The notes beneath the pieces were generated by a model. It made no database searches. It was not told the origin of the DNA and was given only the letters and a program-made list of their open reading frames with translations. Shown here piece by piece: positions 49,220 to 58,964 of a stretch of DNA of 64,000 nucleotides. Position numbers and translations under genes: made by a program. Each line of letters begins with the position of its first letter. The stretch's first letter is position 1. This stretch comes from Candidatus Hodarchaeota archaeon (GTDB taxonomy: Archaea > Asgardarchaeota > Lokiarchaeia > Sigyniarchaeales > SOKP01): assembly GCA_048887225.1 (NCBI GenBank), contig JBHLJY010000002.1, positions 1 through 64,000 of the forward strand. The letters run 5' to 3'.

Positions 49220-50527
49220 TTATTGAAAACCTTTCCAAGAATCGAAATTTTTTGGATATTTTGCGTTATTTCCTAATATTTCTTCAATTCTAAGAATTTG
49301 ATTGTATTTTGCGCATCTATCGCTTCTACAAGGTGCTCCTGTCTTTATTTGACCTGTGCAGAGTCCAACAGCCAAATCAGCAATAAAAGGATCTTCGGTT
49401 TCACCAGAACGATGTGAGACCATTACGTTAAATCCATTCTTAAAAGACATTTTAGCAGCTTTAATCGCTTCCGTTAGACTTCCTATTTGATTTACCTTAA
49501 GTAACAGGGCATTCCCTGCCTTTTCTTTAATTGCCTTTTCGAGAATTTTAATATTTGTAACAGTAATATCATCATCTACAATTTGAATTGATTCCCCAAC
49601 TTTTGCAGTTAAGTGTGTAAAGCCACTAAACGCTTTTTCTTCAAAGGGGTCTTCAATTGAGTTTAAAGGATAATCGTGAATTAAATCTAAATAGTATTGC
49701 AATAGCTCTCCCTCCGTTAATTTTTTTCCATCGATATGATAATCATCATCATCTCCGTAAAATTCGCTAGCGGCAGCATCTATTCCTAATACAAAATCAG
49801 TTCCCATCATAAACCCGGCTTCCTCAATTGCGTCAATGATAACATCAATAGCGTCTCTAGTCAAAGATAAGTTTGGGGCAAATCCACCCTCATCACCAAC
49901 ATTAACGGACGGCTTCCCATATTTTTTAGATAAAAGACTTTTAAGCGTCTGATACACTTCAGATACATTTTGTATAGCCTGAGAAAAAGATTTTGCTCCG
50001 ATCGGTAATATCATGAATTCTTGGATTGCCAAATTATTTCCTGCGTGCTCACCTCCATTTAATACGTTAGAACATGGTAGAGGCAAAAGGTAATCTTCTC
50101 TAGATCTCCCGTGGCTTAATTCGTATAAATGAGCGAATAATGGTTTATCGGCCAATTTTGCTGCTAATTTTGCAACAGCAAGCGAAATAGATAATATCGC
50201 ATTGGCACCTAATTTGCTTTTATTTTCGGTGCCGTCAATGGCGATCATTTCATCGTCAATTTCTTTTTGATTCTTAACATCGAATCCTACTAATTTTTTT
50301 GCGATTATCTCATTTACATTAGATACAGCTTTAGATACATGTTTACCTAGAAACGATTTTCCTCCATCCCTTAATTCAAGTGCTTCCAAAACGCCTGTTG
50401 AAGCTCCTGAAGGTACTGCCGCTCTTCCAAAACCATCTTCAGTATACACATCAGTCTCTACCGTAGGATTTCCGCGAGAATCTAAAATCCACCTTGATTT
50501 AATTTTCTTTATTTTAAAATCAGCCAT
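49220..50527 (-). CDS. eno: Enolase
   Basis: DSRGNPTVE, PSGASTG, GDEGGFAP, SHRSGETED. Confidence 0.99.
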   Translation of the reverse strand: MADFKIKKIKSRWILDSRGNPTVETDVYTEDGFGRAAVPSGASTGVLEALELRDGGKSFLGKHVSKAVSNVNEIIAKKLVGFDVKNQKEIDDEMIAIDGTENKSKLGANAILSISLAVAKLAAKLADKPLFAHLYELSHGRSREDYLLPLPCSNVLNGGEHAGNNLAIQEFMILPIGAKSFSQAIQNVSEVYQTLKSLLSKKYGKPSVNVGDEGGFAPNLSLTRDAIDVIIDAIEEAGFMMGTDFVLGIDAAASEFYGDDDDYHIDGKKLTEGELLQYYLDLIHDYPLNSIEDPFEEKAFSGFTHLTAKVGESIQIVDDDITVTNIKILEKAIKEKAGNALLLKVNQIGSLTEAIKAAKMSFKNGFNVMVSHRSGETEDPFIADLAVGLCTGQIKTGAPCRSDRCAKYNQILRIEEILGNNAKYPKNFDSWKGFQ

Positions 50528-50642
50528 AAATCTATACTCTGTTTTTTTAATATAATATTTAAATAAGAATTAAGAAAATTTAATCTTAATATTTTCTTCT
50601 ATTAATTATTATTATATATTTTCATCGTAAAGTTGAATTACT

Positions 50643-51608
50643 ATGTCTGTGGAAAACCGTCCTTGGGTTGAAAAATATCGCCCGCGTTCATTAAATGAAG
50701 TAATTAACCAGAATGCTATTATAAAACGTTTAAAACAATTTGTAATGGATAAATCTATGCCGCATTTGATCTTTGCAGGTCCAGCAGGGACTGGAAAAAC
50801 ATCTTCAGCTTTAGCAATGGTAAGAGATTTATACAGGAGGAAAATGGAGCTTAATCTTACTTATTTAGAATTGAATGCTAGTGATGCTCGAGGTATTGAT
50901 GTAATTAGAACTTTTATTAAAGATTTTGCTAAAGCAAGACCACCAATTGATATCCCCTTTAAAATATTAATTCTAGATGAAGCTGATAATATGACTGCCC
51001 CAGCTCAACAAGCATTAAGAAGAACAATGGAAAAATATACGAAAAATTGTCGAATGATTTTAATATGTAATTACTCAAATAAATTAATACCTCCTATTCA
51101 ATCAAGATGCGTAGTATTTAGATTTAAAGCGTTAGGTAATGAGGATATAAAAGGGAGAATTAAATTTATAGCCTCGCAAGAAAAATTAACTCTCGCTGCA
51201 AACGGATTAAACGCATTAATAGATGTTTCTAACGGAGATTGTCGAAGAGCAATAAATTATCTCCAATCATGTGGGTCTATTTCTAAAAAAATAAACCAAG
51301 AGATTGTTTTTAGTGTTGCTGGTGAAGTGCCACATGATAAAATAAAAGATATTCTTCAAACTGCCATAAAAGGGCAATTACAATTATCACTTAAACTTTT
51401 AAATGAACTTATTAAAGACTATGGTGTTTCAGGGATAAATATCATTAAAAATCTACACAGAGAAATTTATGATTTAAACGTATCGGAATCTTTAAAAATC
51501 GAACTTTCAAAACTTTTAGCAGATTTTGAGTATCGTTTAAGCCAAGGAGGAACAGAAGAGATTCAATTACAAGCTTTGCTAGCTAAGATTGTTTTACTAC
51601 ATGATTAG
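50643..51608 (+). CDS. rfcS: Replication factor C small subunit (no intein)
   Basis: PWVEKYRP, GPAGTGKT, ELNASDARG, DEAD, IQSRC. Confidence 0.98.
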   Translation: MSVENRPWVEKYRPRSLNEVINQNAIIKRLKQFVMDKSMPHLIFAGPAGTGKTSSALAMVRDLYRRKMELNLTYLELNASDARGIDVIRTFIKDFAKARPPIDIPFKILILDEADNMTAPAQQALRRTMEKYTKNCRMILICNYSNKLIPPIQSRCVVFRFKALGNEDIKGRIKFIASQEKLTLAANGLNALIDVSNGDCRRAINYLQSCGSISKKINQEIVFSVAGEVPHDKIKDILQTAIKGQLQLSLKLLNELIKDYGVSGINIIKNLHREIYDLNVSESLKIELSKLLADFEYRLSQGGTEEIQLQALLAKIVLLHD

Positions 51609-52447
51609 ATATCGCTCTCATGCAAAATTTCAAATAATTTCGTTTTACAATCAAATTTTAATTTTTGATTTAAAAAATAAGTTTCCATTCTTTTTTTCGA
51701 TTTTATATCTATTTTAAATTTAATATTGTCATTAAATTTAATATCCCATAAAATTAAACCTGAAGGATCGGCTGGCTGATATGAAATGCGTCTCGTTTCG
51801 TCAAACAATTTTAGAAAATCCTCATAGTCAATTTCGCCTTTCCCTAATTCTATGATTTTTTTTACCATTCTTCGAATTTGTTGTCTCAAGAAAGCCTTAC
51901 TTTTAAAATTAAAAATCAAGAATTCGTTATCAACAGACATTTTCAAAGAATCTAAAGTCCTTATAGTTTTCACTTTTCTTTTTTCCCATTTAGAGAAATT
52001 AATAAAATCGTGTTGACCTTCTAATTCTTTACAAGCTTTTTGCATTAATTTTAAATCGATATTATAATTTTTCTGAAGAAAGCTAAAAGGGTCAGGAAAA
52101 ATATATTTATAATGCCGGAGTAAGGCGTTATATCGTGATGAAAAATCTTTCGGAACATCAGCATAAGCCCATAACCCAATTTCTTGTGGTAAAATTGAAT
52201 TAATCTCCATTAAAATAGGTTTCTTTTTAGATAAAAAAGAAAACGCAGCTCCAACAGCAGAAACAAGCTTATCAGTTCTGCTCGCAAATTCAATACCAGA
52301 ATTTTTAACATTTTCGATATATTTTTTTTCCTTTAAAGCATTTATTAAACACCTTTCTATAGTTAAAAGATTATTTTGCCGTTGCGAGCCAAAAAACCTT
52401 TGCTTTCCAATATAATAGAATTTAAAGAGATATCTTTGATTTTCCAT
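51605..52447 (-). CDS. truA: tRNA pseudouridine(38-40) synthase TruA
   Basis: GSQRQ, SRTDKLVSA, GQHDFINFS, FLRQQIRRMV. Confidence 0.93.
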   Translation of the reverse strand: MENQRYLFKFYYIGKQRFFGSQRQNNLLTIERCLINALKEKKYIENVKNSGIEFASRTDKLVSAVGAAFSFLSKKKPILMEINSILPQEIGLWAYADVPKDFSSRYNALLRHYKYIFPDPFSFLQKNYNIDLKLMQKACKELEGQHDFINFSKWEKRKVKTIRTLDSLKMSVDNEFLIFNFKSKAFLRQQIRRMVKKIIELGKGEIDYEDFLKLFDETRRISYQPADPSGLILWDIKFNDNIKFKIDIKSKKRMETYFLNQKLKFDCKTKLFEILHESDI

Positions 52448-52741
52448 TAGATTTTTCATCTCAAGTTTAATAATTAAACATTGATTCACCATACTTTATA
52501 CAAGTAAAAATCGAAGGATGGAGCATATTCTAAAAAATTTATAACAGATTTTTAAATTATTATTTTTTTATAGTAAGTTTAAAATAATTTGAATAAGTAC
52601 AGAGCAATTATTTTATATTTCCTCTTTATTCTCTTATTTCAAAAAATTTTAAATGATTTAGATTTTTTTATATTCTAAATTTAATAAGATATTAAAGATT
52701 ATCTTTATCATTAGAGTTTTAAAAAATTACGACTAAGTTCG

Positions 52742-55700
52742 GTGTCTTCAATCGGTAAAAGAATCGATAGGATAAGTGCCTCCTTTAGAAACTTTAAAGA
52801 TAGGATTCGTGCGTCTGTGAGCGTTAAAAAGCGAAATATCGTATTTTTTTTAGCACTCATCTTAGTTGTAATTGTAGCAGTAATGATTCGCCTTACACCT
52901 GTTTTACGTGGTCCAACCCTAATTAAAGCATTTGATCCATGGATGCAGTATTACAATGCTAAATACATTTCAGAACATTCTCTCTATGAATACTTTCATT
53001 GGGTTGATAAAAAGAGTTGGTATCCCGAAGGATATCAACGAGCAGAAACGCGTCCAGGTTTACCTTTTACCGCAGTTGTTATTTGGTGGATTTTAAATTT
53101 TATTGGATTTCCAGTAACAATTTACGAAGTTTGTTATTATTTCCCTGCATTTATGGGTGGATTAACAGTTTTAGCCGCTTATTTTTTAGGAAAAGAGGTT
53201 TATGATCGAAATTGCGGACTCCTTGCTGCATTTTTTCTAGCATTCAATACAGGACATATGCAGAGAACAATGGCAGGTTTTTTTGATAACGAGACAATTG
53301 GAGTATTTGCTACTATTATGACACTTCTCTTTTTCTTAAAAACAATTAAAACGGGTAAGTTTTTGCATTCAATAATGGGGGGTCTCTTTCTAGGTTATTT
53401 GTCTTTAAGTTGGGGTGGATATCAATATGTTTTTTTTATCATTCCTCTTGTTTGTGTCATTTTAATCCTATTAAATAAATATAATGAAAATGTATTAATT
53501 GCTTATGCGGGAATTATAGGAACGGGTTTTCTAATATATTCATTATTTTTTAATTTCGATTATAAAAATTTTTTTAGCAATATATCTCTAGGAGGTATTT
53601 TTCTTTTTACTATAATTTTAATACTATTTCACATGATTCATTCAAAAAAGAACACTTATCCAAGATTTTATAATCTTTTGCTAAATTCAATTAAATGGTT
53701 TTCGATTCCCTTAATTATTGTTATTGCTATAATAATATGGGTTGATCCCAATATAATACCTCTCGGTATTGGTCCTAGATTAAATAGTATTCTTAGTCCT
53801 TTGTTACGAGATAAGTTGCATCTTGTAGCTTCGGTTGCGGAACATATGCCTAGTGCTTGGTCAATTTTTTATTATAATACTTTGATTCCATTGCTTCTTT
53901 TACCTCTTGGAATTTTCTTTTGTTTTAAGAGATTAAATGCTGCAGATATATTGTTAATGGCATTTTTATTGACGATATTTTATGCTACAGGAAGTATGAT
54001 TCGTGTAATTTTATTATTTGCACCTGCTGCATCCTTAATGGGTGCTTATGGATTAGTGAATATTTTAAAAATCTATGGTAGCTTTATAGGGGAAAGAAGG
54101 ATTAGCGTAAGTAGAAAACGAAGAAGACAATTAAGAAAACCAGTTGGTAGGTCTGAGGTCTTTGCGGTTTATTCTTTGATTGCATTTTTATGTATAGCTC
54201 AAGTTTTTCACGCAACTGATGTATCAATTAATCAATTGTCTTACAGCCAAATGGTGGCTGGAGGTCAATTTCATGATTGGGAAGATGCATTAACATGGAT
54301 GAAAAATAATTTAGCCGGAACCGATGTTGTTGTAAGTTGGTGGGATTATGGTTATTGGTTAACTCCTGTAGGAAACGTTACTACGGTAAATGATAACAAT
54401 ACCCATAAAAGTAAGAGAATAGGAATGACAGGAATGGCATTCATGCAAACTAATGAGATATATAGCGCAAAAATACTTCGTGAACTAAAAGCTGATTATG
54501 TTTTAGTTTATTTTGGATTTTTAATTACTGGAATGGGAGGCGATGAGGGCAAATGGCCATGGATGTTGAGAATTTGCAACGATCATTATGAATCTTACAA
54601 AGAAGAGGGTCTTGAAGAAGACAACTGGGCTGAAGGCAGCGTTTTTTTAGAAGATGATTATATAAATGAAACATCTGGAAAATATGAAGAAGCTTGGTTT
54701 CAATCTCAATTAGTCAGGTTGATGTTTTATGGCGAGCCAACAAGTCCCTCAGGAATTAATCCTAATACGAAATATTTACAGTGGTTTTACGCTTCGCAGA
54801 TTGGTGGGAATCCTTCACAAGGCATTAAACCAAGAGAAGACGATAATGGCAATGAATGGTCAGATCACATACCTACTAATGGGTTATATGATTTTAAAGT
54901 ATTTAAACCAGCCTATTTTTCTCGAAATGGGATGGTCAAAATATTTCAAGTTGACTACACTGCATTAGATTCTAGTTTTTCAATAACCAATCCTAAAGTA
55001 TTTGATATTGGTAGCTCTACGTTTAGTTTGGAAAATACTGGAACGAGAGATTTAACAATTAAAAATATAAAAATTAACAATAAAGAATACAATTTTACTA
55101 TGGGGAGATCGAATAATGATAGAAAATTGAGCATAAATGAAGAAGATATAGTTTGGATTGATCTTAGCGTTCCTTATAAAAAGGATGATGTTGTAAATAT
55201 AACAGTTACAGCTGAAGCAGACGCCTTGGGGGGTACTAAATATATTTTTGAGGAGAGTACAAAAAATTTCTTTGCTACTGAAGCTGAACCTGGCTTGATA
55301 AAAATAAATCGAGAAAATAGTAAAGTGGAACAGAATGGTAATTTAGCCAATATAATTCTAGAAGTAAAAAATGTTGGAAGTTACACTACCAATTTAGATT
55401 ACTTTTATGTCAATGATGAACAAAATAGGTACAACGCTACAAGTTATATTAGTGGTTCTTCAGTATTAAGACCAGGAGAAAAATCGGTTGCATATATTGC
55501 AGATGTCAATGGAGAATTTAATCCTCAAGAACCCGGAATAAAAGGAAATTTAGTTGGAGTAATTACATCACAAGGTGTAAAGGACGAAACCTTGCTTTCA
55601 TATAATACTGAAAATTACAAACTTGTGATACTTAATGAGGATAGAACGCTTTCGCCAGAACTTTTAGCAGCAAGCAGTAAAAATACTTACAAATATCACA

Positions 55701-56725
55701 TTCCAATTGATTTTAATAATATAGATACATATGCTTACACTAATGGTAACATTAGAATTCGTGTGAAAAATAGAGGAAGTAAAGTTCTCGGATTAGATTC
55801 AGTTTATATAGCTAAAGCGAATTCTGTGAAGTATGGAAATATATTTAATTTAACTAACGCAAATGATGCTATCGAATCTGATAAAATTGATACAATAAAT
55901 CACGATTTAATATTAAACCCTAACGATGAAAATACAATTGTAATAGAGCCTTCAGATCTACCTCCGGGATTATCACAAATTAATTTAAATGAGGAATTAA
56001 TTATTGCCGTTTCGGCAAAGGGATATATGGTCCCCGAACCGGTTGCTTCAGATATTGGTGTAATTCAAGCAATTAAAGCTGAACCGAATATTACAATAAT
56101 AGAAACAATAGATGGTCTAACTCCCTCTTATATCGCAGCTAATGAAACAGGAAAATTATTAATTAAAAATACGGGTAATGAGGTCGTAAACTTAACAAAT
56201 ATCATTCTTAACGATACAACAACAATATCAATTGCTAATAATGTAAGTCTTCTATATGGAGATGCTATTTTAAATGTCTCTAAATGTACATTGCTTACTT
56301 TTGATATTCCCGGTTTGAAAATTAATCAATCAAATGAACTTAAAGTAAATGTTACTACAAATACAACGGCACAAGATATCCATAGATTTAATGCAATTGT
56401 AAATAGCAATTATTATAATATTTTAGTTATCAATAATGGAACGGGCTCAGCAAATTTAATATTTAGAGTCAATAACAATGGTACATCCAGTGTAGAAATA
56501 GATTCCATTTATATTAATGGAACAAATATCGATCTAGGTGATTTTACGAGAAATCCGCCGACATCATTGGTGATCAGTTCGGGAGGGACAATACAATTTT
56601 CTATCGCAATTACCACTTTAGAAACTAATTATTTTGGTGGAGCAGAACTGAACGATAAGAAATTAAGAATACTTGGGAGGACAAAGGAAGGCGCTGAAAA
56701 TACTAAAGATATAGCTATACCCTAA
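52742..56725 (+). CDS. aglB: Oligosaccharyltransferase AglB/STT3 with extended beta-rich C-terminus
   Basis: FDPW, GFFDNE, SVAEH, SWWDYG, DNNT, DEGKWPWMLRI. Confidence 0.96.
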   Translation: MSSIGKRIDRISASFRNFKDRIRASVSVKKRNIVFFLALILVVIVAVMIRLTPVLRGPTLIKAFDPWMQYYNAKYISEHSLYEYFHWVDKKSWYPEGYQRAETRPGLPFTAVVIWWILNFIGFPVTIYEVCYYFPAFMGGLTVLAAYFLGKEVYDRNCGLLAAFFLAFNTGHMQRTMAGFFDNETIGVFATIMTLLFFLKTIKTGKFLHSIMGGLFLGYLSLSWGGYQYVFFIIPLVCVILILLNKYNENVLIAYAGIIGTGFLIYSLFFNFDYKNFFSNISLGGIFLFTIILILFHMIHSKKNTYPRFYNLLLNSIKWFSIPLIIVIAIIIWVDPNIIPLGIGPRLNSILSPLLRDKLHLVASVAEHMPSAWSIFYYNTLIPLLLLPLGIFFCFKRLNAADILLMAFLLTIFYATGSMIRVILLFAPAASLMGAYGLVNILKIYGSFIGERRISVSRKRRRQLRKPVGRSEVFAVYSLIAFLCIAQVFHATDVSINQLSYSQMVAGGQFHDWEDALTWMKNNLAGTDVVVSWWDYGYWLTPVGNVTTVNDNNTHKSKRIGMTGMAFMQTNEIYSAKILRELKADYVLVYFGFLITGMGGDEGKWPWMLRICNDHYESYKEEGLEEDNWAEGSVFLEDDYINETSGKYEEAWFQSQLVRLMFYGEPTSPSGINPNTKYLQWFYASQIGGNPSQGIKPREDDNGNEWSDHIPTNGLYDFKVFKPAYFSRNGMVKIFQVDYTALDSSFSITNPKVFDIGSSTFSLENTGTRDLTIKNIKINNKEYNFTMGRSNNDRKLSINEEDIVWIDLSVPYKKDDVVNITVTAEADALGGTKYIFEESTKNFFATEAEPGLIKINRENSKVEQNGNLANIILEVKNVGSYTTNLDYFYVNDEQNRYNATSYISGSSVLRPGEKSVAYIADVNGEFNPQEPGIKGNLVGVITSQGVKDETLLSYNTENYKLVILNEDRTLSPELLAASSKNTYKYHIPIDFNNIDTYAYTNGNIRIRVKNRGSKVLGLDSVYIAKANSVKYGNIFNLTNANDAIESDKIDTINHDLILNPNDENTIVIEPSDLPPGLSQINLNEELIIAVSAKGYMVPEPVASDIGVIQAIKAEPNITIIETIDGLTPSYIAANETGKLLIKNTGNEVVNLTNIILNDTTTISIANNVSLLYGDAILNVSKCTLLTFDIPGLKINQSNELKVNVTTNTTAQDIHRFNAIVNSNYYNILVINNGTGSANLIFRVNNNGTSSVEIDSIYINGTNIDLGDFTRNPPTSLVISSGGTIQFSIAITTLETNYFGGAELNDKKLRILGRTKEGAENTKDIAIP

Positions 56726-56904
56726 TCTTCTTTTTATTATGTAGTATTAATCAACAATAAGTAGCTCCTTTTTATAATAAATATTTTTATTTTTAAATCA
56801 AAAAAATCATAAGTTAGAATTCATTAAAATTTCAAAGACTAATTGCTTTAATAAATTCATCAGTTATATACAAGCACTGATTAAAAAATTATTTTTAAAA
56901 TTTT

Positions 56905-58896
56905 ATGAGTGTTAAATTTACAATAGACTCTGATTTTGAGCCGAAGGGAGACCAGCCACAGGCAATTATTACGCTTGCAAATAATATAAAAGATGGTAAA
57001 AGGTTTCAAACTTTATTGGGAGCTACTGGAACAGGAAAAAGTTTTGTTATTGCTAATATCATTAAAGAAATCCAAAAACCAACTTTGATTATCGCTCCAA
57101 ACAAGACCTTAGCAGCACAATTATATCAAGAATTCAAAAATTTATTTCCAAATAATGCAGTCCATTATTTCGTTTCATACTACGATTATTACCAACCTGA
57201 AGCTTACATGCCAATCACTGGCTTGTATATCGAAAAAGATTTTAGCGTAAACGAGGAAATTGAAAAATTAAGATTGGCATCTACTCATGCAATAAAGACT
57301 CGAGAGGACGTAATAATAATTGCCACAGTTTCATGCATTTATGGAATTGGAAATCCTGATGAATGGGTTGCTGTTTCTTTGAATTTAGAGGTAGGACAAA
57401 CAATTAAAAGATCTGATATATTGAAACACGTAATCAAAATGAACTACGAACGAAAAAACATTGAATTTAAAAGAGGCGTAGTTAGAGTGAAGGGAGATAT
57501 TGTTGATATTTTTCCAGCATATTTAGACACGGCTATAAGAATATCGTTATTTGGAGACGAGATTGAATCAATTCAAGAGATACATCCGCTTTCAAATCAA
57601 TTTCTCAAAGAATTACCCAATTGTCGAATCTTTCCAGCAACTCACTTTATTATTCCAGATGAAAATAAAATAAAAGCATTAGAATCAATAAAAGTGGAAT
57701 TAAAGAAACAGATTGCATTCTTTAAAAATGAAAAAAAGTACGCAGAAGCTCAACGAATTGAAAGGAGAGTAAAATTTGATTTAGAAATGATGAGAGAGAT
57801 GGGGTATTGTAAGGGAATTGAAAATTATTCAAGACATTTGGATGGCCGACCTCCAGGAAAGCCCCCAATGAATTTGATTGACTATTTCCCGCAAGACTTT
57901 TTAATTGTAGTAGATGAATCCCACATTACAATACCTCAGATTCATGGGATGATTGGTGGTGATAAATCGCGCAAAAAAAATCTCGTAGAATTTGGGTGGC
58001 GGCTTCCAAGCGCTTACGATAATAGACCATTAACCTTTGAAGAATGGGAAAGTAAAATTAAATATATTATTTTTATGAGCGCTACTCCAGGAGATTATGA
58101 ATTAGAGAAAAGCGGAGGAATTTCGGCAGATCAAATTATCCGACCGACTGGATTAGTTGATCCTCAAGTTGAAGTTAGGCCAGCTAAAAATCAAATTGAT
58201 GATTTATTAGGCGAAATCAAGAAAGTTTTAAAAAATCAAGGTAGAGTATTAATTACAACACTTACAAAAAGAATGTCGGAGGATATTGCTGAATATTATT
58301 CTGAATTAGGAATTAAAATTGCATACTTACATTCCGAAGTTGATACTGTAGAAAGATTTGAGATTTTAAGGAAATTAAGAGATGGCACTTTTGATGTGGT
58401 GGTTGGAATAAATCTTCTTCGGGAGGGATTAGATCTTCCAGAAGTTCAGTTGGTTGGAATTTTAGATGCAGATAAATTAGGTTTTTTAAGAGATACAAGA
58501 TCATTAATTCAAACAATTGGGAGAGCTTCGAGAAATGTAAATGGAAGAGCTATATTGTATGGGGATAAAATCTCTCAATCAATGAAAGCAGCTATAAATG
58601 AAACAAACCGCAGAAGAAAAAAACAAATAGATCATAATAAAGAACATAATATTACACCTCAGACAATCAAAAAGAATATATTAGAATCACTTTCTGAAGA
58701 AAAAGAATTCAAAGAGAAAGAAAGCAAGAGGTTGAAACAAACAATCGAGCAGAAAATAGAAGAATTAGGTGATACTGAGATTATTTTGCAATATCTTGAG
58801 AATAAAATGTTTTTAGCAGCAAAAGAATTAAGATTTGAAGACGCTGCCTACTTGAGGGATAGAATCAAAGAAGTTAAGTTAAAATTAAAGATTTAA
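56905..58896 (+). CDS. uvrB: Excinuclease ABC subunit B
   Basis: GATGTGKS, YFVSYYDYYQPEAY, DESH, C-terminal UVR motif. Confidence 0.99.
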   Translation: MSVKFTIDSDFEPKGDQPQAIITLANNIKDGKRFQTLLGATGTGKSFVIANIIKEIQKPTLIIAPNKTLAAQLYQEFKNLFPNNAVHYFVSYYDYYQPEAYMPITGLYIEKDFSVNEEIEKLRLASTHAIKTREDVIIIATVSCIYGIGNPDEWVAVSLNLEVGQTIKRSDILKHVIKMNYERKNIEFKRGVVRVKGDIVDIFPAYLDTAIRISLFGDEIESIQEIHPLSNQFLKELPNCRIFPATHFIIPDENKIKALESIKVELKKQIAFFKNEKKYAEAQRIERRVKFDLEMMREMGYCKGIENYSRHLDGRPPGKPPMNLIDYFPQDFLIVVDESHITIPQIHGMIGGDKSRKKNLVEFGWRLPSAYDNRPLTFEEWESKIKYIIFMSATPGDYELEKSGGISADQIIRPTGLVDPQVEVRPAKNQIDDLLGEIKKVLKNQGRVLITTLTKRMSEDIAEYYSELGIKIAYLHSEVDTVERFEILRKLRDGTFDVVVGINLLREGLDLPEVQLVGILDADKLGFLRDTRSLIQTIGRASRNVNGRAILYGDKISQSMKAAINETNRRRKKQIDHNKEHNITPQTIKKNILESLSEEKEFKEKESKRLKQTIEQKIEELGDTEIILQYLENKMFLAAKELRFEDAAYLRDRIKEVKLKLKI

Positions 58897-58964
58897 AGAA
58901 TTCTTATAAAATAAAATCATAGAATTTTTCATTTTTGATTAATTCAATATTCATTGATAAGAAT

